Assembly (NCBI GenBank): GCA_044336815.1
Contig: JBIIOU010000001.1
Coordinates: 1,208-65,207 of the forward strand
Direction: 5' to 3'
DNA from: Candidatus Nanopelagicales bacterium
GTDB lineage: Bacteria; Actinomycetota; Actinomycetes; S36-B12
DNA: 64,000 bases
The notes under the pieces were generated by a model. It was not told where the DNA came from, made no database searches, and was given only the letters and a program-made list of their open reading frames with translations. Numbering within the stretch: the first letter of the stretch is position 1; every line of letters begins with the position of its first letter. Below are positions 56,450 to 64,000 of the stretch, one piece after another. Made by a program: the position numbers and the translations under genes.

Positions 56450-57736
56450 CTACCGGTCGGGCTCCTGCTGGTAAACATCCGGGATTCCGTCGCCGTCCTC
56501 ATCGCGCTCCTCTTCAGCCCTAAGGGCCGCATAATGGCGATTCCTACTGATAAGCACCACCGAAGCCAAGGTTGCGGCCACCGCGGAGGCGGTCAGGACG
56601 GCAGTCTTCGCTGAGTCGAGCTGCGCCGTGTCGCTGGTGAAGGCGAGTTCGGTTATCAGTAGGGCCACCGTGAATCCAATCCCTGCCAGCAGTCCGACGG
56701 CGAAAATATCGCGCCATGCAATACCTGGTGCTAGGGAAGCCCGGGTGAAGCGCGCGGTCAGCCAGGCAAGCGAGAAGACCCCGATGGGCTTTCCAATGAC
56801 GAGGCCTACCAAAACACCCAGGGCCACTGGGGTGGAAAGTGCATCGGTGAAACCAAGGGAGCGGAGATCAACACCAGCCGCAAAGAACGCGAAAATAGGC
56901 ACTGCAAAACCTGCGCTCACTGGGTGGATGCGGTGGTTGAGTCGGTCAGCTGGAGGCGACACCTCACCAGGATCGGTGCGAACGCGTGTCAGCAGCCCGA
57001 AGACAACACCGGCGACGGTGGCGTGCACCCCGCTCTCGTGCATGCAGTAGCAGCCGAGTAACGCCAGCGGCACATATAGGAACGGCGTGCTGATACGCAT
57101 CCGCTGTGCAATCGCATAGATGGCGAAGGTAGCAACTGCTGCTATTAGCCACAGAGGCTCGAACTTGTCTGAGTAGAAGATTGCGATAACAGCTATTGCA
57201 CCTAGATCATCAACCACGGCGAGGGTTAGCAAGAATGCGCGTAGTGCAACTGGCAATCTGCGCCCAACGATGGCTAGTACTGCGAGTGCGAATGCAATAT
57301 CGGTGGCCATCGGGATGCCCCATCCGCTGGTCGCACCTTTGGGGTTGGCGGCATTGATGCTCACGAAGATCAATGCGGGAACCAGCATTCCGCCTAAAGC
57401 CGCGGCAACAGGCACCACCGCTTGCGCGGGTTTGGAAAGCGAACCTAGTACTAGTTCATGTTTAAGTTCAAGACCAACAATGAAGAAGAAGATAGCGAGT
57501 AGCCCATCGGCTGCCCAGACGCTAAGCGGGAGATTTAGATTGAGCGCGGATGGTCCTATTCGGTACTCGACCAAATCAGCATAGGAGTCACCCCAAGGAG
57601 AATTAGCCCAGATCAGGGCAACCGCCGCTGCGATGAGAAGCAGTACACCGCCCACGGTTTCGTTACGTAGTTGCTCAAGAATCCAGCCGCGCTCGCGAAG
57701 CGAAGGACGCGCGAGGAAATCTTCGGGCGTGGTCAT
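56450..57736 (-). CDS. nhaA: Na+/H+ antiporter NhaA
   Basis: The NhaA pattern including VVDDLGAIAVIAIFY. Confidence 0.9.
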   Translation of the reverse strand: MTTPEDFLARPSLRERGWILEQLRNETVGGVLLLIAAAVALIWANSPWGDSYADLVEYRIGPSALNLNLPLSVWAADGLLAIFFFIVGLELKHELVLGSLSKPAQAVVPVAAALGGMLVPALIFVSINAANPKGATSGWGIPMATDIAFALAVLAIVGRRLPVALRAFLLTLAVVDDLGAIAVIAIFYSDKFEPLWLIAAVATFAIYAIAQRMRISTPFLYVPLALLGCYCMHESGVHATVAGVVFGLLTRVRTDPGEVSPPADRLNHRIHPVSAGFAVPIFAFFAAGVDLRSLGFTDALSTPVALGVLVGLVIGKPIGVFSLAWLTARFTRASLAPGIAWRDIFAVGLLAGIGFTVALLITELAFTSDTAQLDSAKTAVLTASAVAATLASVVLISRNRHYAALRAEEERDEDGDGIPDVYQQEPDR

Positions 57737-57746
57737 TCGCTAATTA

Positions 57747-59714
57747 TCAGTCCTCGCTCTTATTGGCATTAAGGCCGGCGGCGATGAGGGTCATCACTGC
57801 TGGGTCAGCGAGTGTGGTGGAGTCACCGACATCGCGCTGTTCGGCGACATCGCGCAGCAGCCGGCGCATGATTTTCCCGGAGCGCGTCTTAGGTAATTCA
57901 GCAACGATCAGAATTTGTCGCGGTTTGGCGATGGCCCCAATCTCGTGCGCGACATGGTCGCGCAACTCTTTGACAACCGAGGTGCGACCGGCGCCATCTT
58001 CAGCCACCCCGCTTTTGAGTATCACAAAGGCGACGATGCCTTGCCCGGTCGTGGCATCGGCAGCCCCGACGACAGCAGATTCAGCGACTTTTGGATGTGA
58101 GCCGAGCGCAGCTTCAACCTCGGTAGTTGAGATGCGATGCCCAGATATATTCATCACATCATCGACTCGACCGAGGAGGCGAATTGCGCCGTCATGGTCA
58201 AGGCGAGCACCGTCGCCGGCAAAGTACACATCGGGAAAGTGTTGCCAGTAGGCCTCCCGATAACGCTCAGGATCGCGCCAAATGCCACGCATCATTGATG
58301 GCCAAGGCTCTGTGAGTATTAAGTAGCCCGTGGTGCCTTCACCGGTTGGTACGCCATGATCATCGACAACAGCAGTACCGATTCCGGGAAGTGCTGTCAT
58401 CGCCGACCCGGGCTTGCAAGTAGTGACTCCCGGCAGCGGCGAAATCATGATGGCGCCGGTTTCGGTCTGCCACCACGTGTCGACGATCGGGCAGCGACCA
58501 CCGCCGATTATTTCGTGGTACCACAGCCACGCCTCGGGGTTGATGGGCTCACCAACTGATCCGAGTAGGCGAAGCGAAGAGAGGTCTTTACCGTTAGGAA
58601 ACTCATCTCCCCACTTCATAAAAGTGCGAATGGCGGTTGGAGCGGTGTAGAGGATTGACACTTTGTGACGCTCAACGACATCCCACCAACGATCGTGTTT
58701 CGGAGTATCCGGGGTGCCCTCGTAGACAACTTGGGTTACCCGATTCGCCAGCGGGCCATAGACCACGTAGGAGTGGCCGGTAATCCAACCGACGTCGGCG
58801 GTGCACCAGTAGACGTCGGTGTCAGGCTTAAGATCAAAAACGGCATGGTGGGTATATGCGGTCTGTGTTAAGTAGCCACCCGTGGTGTGCAGAATTCCTT
58901 TTGGGGCACCGGTCGTGCCAGATGTGTAGAGAATGAAAAGCGGGTGCTCACTGTCGAAGGCTTCAGGGGTGTGCTCTGTGGCCTGACGTTCAACGATCTC
59001 GTGCCACCAAACATCGCGTGAAGTATCCCATTGGACGTCAATGCCCGTGCGCTTCACAACGAGCACATGATCAACCGTAGGCGTGTTGGTGACCGCTTCG
59101 TCAACCGCTGGCTTCAAAGGCATGATGCTGCCGCGTCGGTGTTGACCATCGGAAGTAATAACAAGTTTTGCCTCGGCGTCGTTGATGCGGCTTTCAAGTG
59201 CATGGGCTGAGAAGCCACCGAAAATCACCGAGTGTGGCGCACCAAGACGGGCGCAGGCAAGCATCGAAATAATCGCCTCGGGAATCATCGGCAAATAAAT
59301 CGCTACGCGATCACCAGTCTTGATGCCGAGTTCGATTAGCGCATTGGCGGCTTGCGAAACATCGCGCTGCAGTTGCGCATAGGTGATGTCACGTCGATCA
59401 CCTAACTCACCCTCGAATTTTATTGCGACCTGATCGCCGTATCCGGCCTCGACGTGTCGGTCGACGCAGTTGTACGCGACGTTGAGTTTGCCGCCAACGA
59501 ACCATTTAGCAAATGGTGCATCAGACCAGTCAAGAACTTCGTCAAAGGGAGTATCCCAAGATAGGCGCTTTGCTTGGGTTGCCCAAAAATCCAGGCGGTC
59601 AGCAGCTGCTTGGTCATATGCCGATGAGGTGACGTTGGCTTGTGCGACAAAGGCAGCAGGCGGCGCAAAGGAGAGGTTCTCGTGGGCTGAACTTTCTAGG
59701 GTCTGTGAGGGCAT
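57747..59714 (-). CDS. acs: Acetyl-CoA synthetase
   Basis: YTSGTTGAPKG AMP-binding motif, WWQTETG, and C-terminal PKTRSGKIMRR. Confidence 0.95.
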   Translation of the reverse strand: MPSQTLESSAHENLSFAPPAAFVAQANVTSSAYDQAAADRLDFWATQAKRLSWDTPFDEVLDWSDAPFAKWFVGGKLNVAYNCVDRHVEAGYGDQVAIKFEGELGDRRDITYAQLQRDVSQAANALIELGIKTGDRVAIYLPMIPEAIISMLACARLGAPHSVIFGGFSAHALESRINDAEAKLVITSDGQHRRGSIMPLKPAVDEAVTNTPTVDHVLVVKRTGIDVQWDTSRDVWWHEIVERQATEHTPEAFDSEHPLFILYTSGTTGAPKGILHTTGGYLTQTAYTHHAVFDLKPDTDVYWCTADVGWITGHSYVVYGPLANRVTQVVYEGTPDTPKHDRWWDVVERHKVSILYTAPTAIRTFMKWGDEFPNGKDLSSLRLLGSVGEPINPEAWLWYHEIIGGGRCPIVDTWWQTETGAIMISPLPGVTTCKPGSAMTALPGIGTAVVDDHGVPTGEGTTGYLILTEPWPSMMRGIWRDPERYREAYWQHFPDVYFAGDGARLDHDGAIRLLGRVDDVMNISGHRISTTEVEAALGSHPKVAESAVVGAADATTGQGIVAFVILKSGVAEDGAGRTSVVKELRDHVAHEIGAIAKPRQILIVAELPKTRSGKIMRRLLRDVAEQRDVGDSTTLADPAVMTLIAAGLNANKSED

Positions 59715-59742
59715 GCTGCATTATTGCGAACCTGAAGGTTAG

Positions 59743-60534
59743 ATGGGGGTCATGGGGGAAATTAGTAGTGGAGTTTCGGGTGTCGACCCATTTGGAATTT
59801 TAGGTCAAGACAAAGAGGTGGCGCAGGTGATGGCGGCCGCGCGCGAGGAGATTGACTCGGTGCTTTGGCGCCGAGATGTTCGCACAAATGCAGCGGCGGT
59901 CGCCCGGGCCTCCGTTGAGCGAGGTGGTCGGGATTCGGCTGCAATTGATGGGGCCGATACCGCGGTGGTTGATGACTCCCCAATGGGCAGGGCACTGGCC
60001 CGGGCAATCGATGTGACGGCCGCGGTGCCCGGTCAGGTGGGGGCTTGGTCCAAGGCACCCTTGCAGGTTATTGCGGCACTGCATGGGATTGCGGCGAATG
60101 GATTCGCAACCGAAGACGAAATGGGAAGGCCGCGGGCCCTAGAAATCGCTGACGACCCGCTGCGCATCGGAAGCCTGCCTGCAGCGGCCCAGGTGGGCCC
60201 CCGGCTCGCCCAACTCGCTGGGTTGGTTATTGCCCCGACCGCCGCTCCCGCAATCCTGGTTGCCGGCATCGTGCACGCCGAGTTACTGACTCTTCGACCC
60301 TTTACCTGGGGTTCTGGTTTGGTCGCCCGTGCTGCTGCTCGATGTGTGCTTGCTGAACGGGCGGTGGACCCGTCCCTGTTCACGATCCCGGAGAACGGGA
60401 TGTTCACCCTTGGTCGCCCGGCTTATGTCGACGCGGTACGCGCTTATGCATCGGGTACAAGGGCCGGTTCATCGGCTTATTTGGTTTGGTTTGCCACCGC
60501 CTGCGCGCTGGGTGCGAAAGCCGTCACCGTCTAA
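59743..60534 (+). CDS. Conserved actinobacterial hypothetical protein (Ala-rich; Rv3662c-like position)
   Basis: An open frame with coding-like composition. It sits beside the HAD/ssd/tadA neighbourhood. I recognise no motif. Confidence 0.5.
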   Translation: MGVMGEISSGVSGVDPFGILGQDKEVAQVMAAAREEIDSVLWRRDVRTNAAAVARASVERGGRDSAAIDGADTAVVDDSPMGRALARAIDVTAAVPGQVGAWSKAPLQVIAALHGIAANGFATEDEMGRPRALEIADDPLRIGSLPAAAQVGPRLAQLAGLVIAPTAAPAILVAGIVHAELLTLRPFTWGSGLVARAAARCVLAERAVDPSLFTIPENGMFTLGRPAYVDAVRAYASGTRAGSSAYLVWFATACALGAKAVTV

Positions 60535-60578
60535 GAGGTTTACCGTCCCCGCGTGTATTCAGTGAGGTTTTCGTGGGC

Positions 60579-60637
60579 GCGCACGTTTTTGTCGTGAAAC
60601 CGACCAAAAATCCGGATTTCACGACTAAAACGTGCGC
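60579..60637. repeat. 21-bp inverted repeat (20/21 pairs) with 17-nt spacer between convergent genes; probable bidirectional terminator or protein-binding palindrome
   Basis: GCGCACGTTTTTGTCGTGAAA (60579-60599) versus TTTCACGACTAAAACGTGCGC (60617-60637). One T:T mismatch. Confidence 0.8.
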
Positions 60638-60678
60638 ACTCAGACCAAATGATTTTGGCGGTTGGAGGTCTCAGGGTT

Positions 60679-61461
60679 TTAGGCGCGGGTGACGCGGCGG
60701 CGGGCGTACCAGGCAATGCCAAGTGCAACGGCACCTAAAGCTACGCCGGCGCCTGCTGCGGCAGCCTGCTTAGTGTCGATAGTTTTGCGCAACGCAACAG
60801 GGGTCGCAAAATCCAACACGGGCCAGTCGCGTTCGGTTGCGACTTTGCGCAATTCAGTATCTGGGTTTACCGCAACGGGGTTGCCGACGAGTTCAAGCAT
60901 GGGTAGGTCTGTTTGTGAGTCGGTGTAAGCGTAGGAGGAGCCGAGGTCGTATTCATGCTCGGCTGCTAGAGCCAGCATCGCTTCGGCTTTGCCTTCACCG
61001 TATGCGTAGAACAAGATCTCGCCGGTGTAGTGGCCATCCTCGACGGCCACTTGAGTGCCGATCGCGATGTCAACCCCGAGCCGCTGTCCTATTGGTTCGA
61101 CCACATCGGTGCCCGATGAAGAGATAATTATGACGTCGTGGCCGCGTGCTTTGTGATCTTCGATTAGTTTTATGGCTTCTTCATAAACCATCGGATCGAC
61201 AATTTCATCGAGAGTTTCAGCGACAATCTGCTTGACTTTGTCGACGTCCCAGCCGGTAACTAACTTAGACATGTAGGTGCGCATCGACTCCATTTGGTCG
61301 TGATCGGCGCCGGAGGCTAAATAGACAAATTGGGCGTAGGCGCTGCGTATGACATCGCTGCGACCGATCAACCCACCTTTATAGAAAGGCCGCGCGAATG
61401 CAAATGAACTAGACCGCGCAAGGATGGTTTTGTCTAGGTCAAAAAAGGCCGCGGTTTTCAC
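60679..61461 (-). CDS. HAD-IB family hydrolase (SerB-like) with C-terminal membrane anchor
   Basis: The DxDxT motif FFDLDKTIL. C-terminal hydrophobic AAAAGAGVALGAVALGIAWYA. Confidence 0.8.
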   Translation of the reverse strand: MKTAAFFDLDKTILARSSSFAFARPFYKGGLIGRSDVIRSAYAQFVYLASGADHDQMESMRTYMSKLVTGWDVDKVKQIVAETLDEIVDPMVYEEAIKLIEDHKARGHDVIIISSSGTDVVEPIGQRLGVDIAIGTQVAVEDGHYTGEILFYAYGEGKAEAMLALAAEHEYDLGSSYAYTDSQTDLPMLELVGNPVAVNPDTELRKVATERDWPVLDFATPVALRKTIDTKQAAAAGAGVALGAVALGIAWYARRRVTRA

Positions 61462-61617
61462 TCCTTGACGGTACCTCGTTTTGGGCCATTGGCGCGGAGG
61501 CCACCACGCCGCATGCGAAAACTACTGGTGAATCGTTGTCCACAGCCCCAAAACTGGCTGTCCACAGCCGGATGTATGTCGCTGGCGCCGCGGGCGGTTG
61601 CCGCCGAGGGTGGACCT

Positions 61618-62691
61618 ATGGAAACTAGGCGCCCCTTACTCATTACTGATGACACCGAACTCACCGAAGAAGTCCTGCGGCTAGCCGCGGCCACCGGAGT
61701 CGATATCCATCTCGCCGCGCATGCTGATTCGGCTCGGGCGCAATGGGCGATCGCTCCGCTGGTTCTTATCGGCGTTGACCGCCTAGCGGAGTTCAGCCAG
61801 ATGCCGAGGCGCCGCGATGTCGTGGTGATTGCCCGAGAACTTGATGGCGGTAGTGAAGCGCCGCCGGTGCCTGACGCAGTGTGGCGCGATGCCATCGCAA
61901 TTGGCGCAGAGCACGTGGTTTCCTTACCCGATGCTGAACGTTGGCTAATTGAGCGACTCGCGGATTCAGGTGAAGGCCCATCAAGGCAAGGCGCGGTGAT
62001 TTGCGTGCTGGGGGCGTGCGGAGGGGCGGGTGCTTCAACTGTAGCGGCAGTAATGGCAAATGCCGCGCAAAATCAGGGCCGACAAACTTTGTTAATAGAT
62101 ACCGACGCAACCGGTGGGGGCATCGACCTACTTCTCGGAGCAGAGCAGGCACCGGGTGCACGTTGGGTAGACCTTGCAGAAGCCCGGGGGCGATTAAGTG
62201 CAACGACCTTGAACGAGGCACTACCCCATGTTGATGGTCTGGCTGTGTTGTCATTTGGCCGCCAGTACGCAGGCCCACTAAATGCTGAGGCACTTGCCTG
62301 CGTACTTGACGCCGGAGTACGCGGCTATGACCTTGTCGTAATTGATTTGGTGCGTTCGATCGATGCTATTGCAACCATCGCCCTGGGCCGCGCAACAAGT
62401 GCGTACGTTGTGGTGCCAAATTCGATTCGCGCCGCCTCGGCAGCAGCTTCGTTATTGCCCGCACTTGATTTCGGTGGTTCGCTCACACTTTTGATGCGTA
62501 AGGCACCGCACGGATTAACCGAAAGTGACATGCAACGGGCATTGGGTCAAGGGTTTTTCGCGACGCTACCCGAGAATTCGGCAATTGCGGCAAGTGCTGA
62601 GCAAGGTGAGTTACCTGGTCCGCGCAATCCATTTTCACGGGTGTGCCTTGAGGCACTGCAAAGTGCGCTCACGCAATTGAGTGTCGCGTGA
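61618..62691 (+). CDS. ssd: Septum-site-determining / CpaE(TadZ)-like ParA-family ATPase (Ssd)
   Basis: Deviant Walker A LGACGGAGASTVAAVMA. ATG 61618 follows GAGGGTGGA. Located upstream of tadA. Confidence 0.75.
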   Translation: METRRPLLITDDTELTEEVLRLAAATGVDIHLAAHADSARAQWAIAPLVLIGVDRLAEFSQMPRRRDVVVIARELDGGSEAPPVPDAVWRDAIAIGAEHVVSLPDAERWLIERLADSGEGPSRQGAVICVLGACGGAGASTVAAVMANAAQNQGRQTLLIDTDATGGGIDLLLGAEQAPGARWVDLAEARGRLSATTLNEALPHVDGLAVLSFGRQYAGPLNAEALACVLDAGVRGYDLVVIDLVRSIDAIATIALGRATSAYVVVPNSIRAASAAASLLPALDFGGSLTLLMRKAPHGLTESDMQRALGQGFFATLPENSAIAASAEQGELPGPRNPFSRVCLEALQSALTQLSVA

Positions 62692-63854
62692 GTACCCCGC
62701 TACTTGATCGTGTGCGGTCGCGATTGATTGAAGCGCACGCGGACGCAACACCTACTCGAGTGGCTTCTGCCCTTCGTGCCGAAGGCGTGGTGCTCGGTGA
62801 TGACGCCGTACTCGGGTTGGTCGAATCACTACGCCAAGAGTTGGTGGGTGCGGGCCCCCTTGAACCGCTGCTGCGTACCGGCGAGGTGACCGATGTGTTG
62901 GTTAACGGCCCTAACAATGTCTGGATAGATCGCGGGAATGGCCTTGAAAGAACCGATGTGGTTTTCCGCTCCGATGACGAAGTGCGCAAGTTAGCGCAAC
63001 GGCTAGCTTCATCTGTTGGGCGTCGACTCGATGACTCCACCCCTTTTGTTGATGCGCGAATGCCCGACGGTACGCGGCTTCATGCGGTTATCCCACCTGT
63101 TGCAGTGGAAGGCACTCTTATCTCAATTCGCGTCCCACAGCGGAGAGCCTTTACCCTCGACGAACTTGTTGCCATCGGAAGTATTGACGCCACGGGGGCG
63201 CAATGGCTGCGGAGCCTAATTGATCAACGTCTGGCATTTGTTATAAGTGGGGGAACTGGTAGCGGTAAGACAACAATTTTGTCCGCGTTACTCGGACTAG
63301 TGTCAGCGGATGAACGCATAGTCATGATCGAAGATTCAGCTGAGTTGATGCCCAATCACCCGCATGCGGTGCGCCTGCAATCGCGGGTAGCAAATGTTGA
63401 AGGCGCAGGTTTGATAACCATGCGCGAATTGGTGCGACAGGCACTGCGGATGCGCCCTGATCGAATTGTGGTCGGCGAGGTGCGCGGCGCTGAAGTTGTT
63501 GAATTATTGACCGCCCTAAACACCGGGCACGAAGGTGGCTGCGGCACGGTGCACGCCAATTCAGCGGCGGATGTGCCGGCTCGTTTGGAGGCGCTCGGGT
63601 TGACAGCCGGCCTCGATCGTCTAGCAGTGCATGCTCTGGTCGCAGCGGGTCTCGATGCGGTGGTACATCTGCAACGTGACTCCAATGGCAAACGTGTTGT
63701 TGAGGGTATCTACGTGTTGACCCGTGGCGCAGATCAATTGGTGCGTGCGGTGCCGGCATTGCGCCGCCACGGAGATCAATTGCTGCCAGAGCCTGGTATT
63801 AGGCAACTAACTGACCGCATTGGGGTTAGTAAGCCCCCGGCCCACGCCCAATGA
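62688..63854 (+). CDS. tadA: TadA/CpaF-family type IV pilus/secretion ATPase
   Basis: Walker A GGTGSGKTT, Asp box, Walker B IVVGEVRG, and His box. GTGA overlap with ssd. Confidence 0.9.
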   Translation: MSTPLLDRVRSRLIEAHADATPTRVASALRAEGVVLGDDAVLGLVESLRQELVGAGPLEPLLRTGEVTDVLVNGPNNVWIDRGNGLERTDVVFRSDDEVRKLAQRLASSVGRRLDDSTPFVDARMPDGTRLHAVIPPVAVEGTLISIRVPQRRAFTLDELVAIGSIDATGAQWLRSLIDQRLAFVISGGTGSGKTTILSALLGLVSADERIVMIEDSAELMPNHPHAVRLQSRVANVEGAGLITMRELVRQALRMRPDRIVVGEVRGAEVVELLTALNTGHEGGCGTVHANSAADVPARLEALGLTAGLDRLAVHALVAAGLDAVVHLQRDSNGKRVVEGIYVLTRGADQLVRAVPALRRHGDQLLPEPGIRQLTDRIGVSKPPAHAQ

Positions 63855-64000
63855 TCTTCGTGAGCGCTCTGCTCATAGGTGTCGCTGTCGCGCTGTTAAT
63901 GCCGGTTGATGTGAGTTGGCGGTTGGCGACATCTGGCCTTGTGGCGGCAGCCCCGCACCGGGTGGATATCACGAGTATTCTTTTGGCGCGCCTTGGGTTC
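63851..64000 (+). CDS. TadB-like (type II secretion F family) membrane protein, 5' fragment running off the window
   Basis: ATGA overlap with the tadA stop. My translation MIFVSALLIGVAVALLMPVDVSWRLATSGLVAAAPHRVDITSILLARLGF is open to the window end. Confidence 0.5.
   Translation, partial: MIFVSALLIGVAVALLMPVDVSWRLATSGLVAAAPHRVDITSILLARLGF

Noticed and set aside
1-64000. Dozens of 60-200-codon ORFs in the six-frame track lying antisense to, or out of frame with, the genes called above (e.g. 260..754 -, 7432..8019 -, 9681..10289 +, 19910..20566 -, 21348..21944 +, 23008..23562 +, 37066..37602 +, 61793..62293 -).
   Set aside because: Each is fully embedded in a gene with strong motif support on the other strand or frame. 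Their translations are Arg/Pro/Ser/Ala-rich low-complexity strings typical of GC-rich shadow frames, with no recognisable motifs or SD-start arrangement.

Overview
This window is a densely coding 64-kb stretch of an actinobacterial chromosome. The evidence for that assignment is mycothiol genes mshA/mshD, GlnR, SenX3-RegX3, PhoU, CarD-IspD-IspF-CysS-RlmB, a divergent glgA/glgC pair, and an ssd/tadA pilus-secretion locus. GC content is moderate and patchy. I call about 66 protein genes, one probable pseudogene, a few repeats and hairpins, and one candidate riboswitch. I found no rRNA, tRNA, CRISPR array, transposase or integrase.

Gene order reproduces several blocks I remember from Mycobacterium/Streptomyces:
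- Rv0474-hbhA-Rv0476
- mshA-Rv0487-gpm1-senX3-regX3
- lpqE-carD-ispDF-cysS
- thiX-glnR-mshD
- ppk1-mutT1
- acs ... HAD-ssd-tadA

Most of the window is therefore ordinary core genome. I do not see an unambiguous new multi-gene system. The best candidates for something undescribed are:
1. An 83-aa hyper-acidic protein with no basic residue, directly upstream of a secreted DUF1524-Excalibur nuclease that converges on an Imm-family membrane gene (4.76-6.38 kb).
2. A translationally coupled operon of an FAD reductase, a PLP decarboxylase and an unknown ~516-aa Rossmann-motif protein, converging on an ALDH gene (7.2-12.9 kb).
3. A small Lys/Ala-rich protein with a 15-bp tandem repeat encoding (F/V)(D/E)LPK, sitting at the hbhA-syntenic position (34.9-35.3 kb).

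Smaller oddities are also reported:
- an in-frame TAG in a BNR-repeat gene
- a structured leader before an NlpC/P60 gene
- a hydrolase lacking its nucleophile
- a long inverted repeat
- convergent genes sharing CTAG stops

All functional calls rest on motif recognition by eye. No database search was run.
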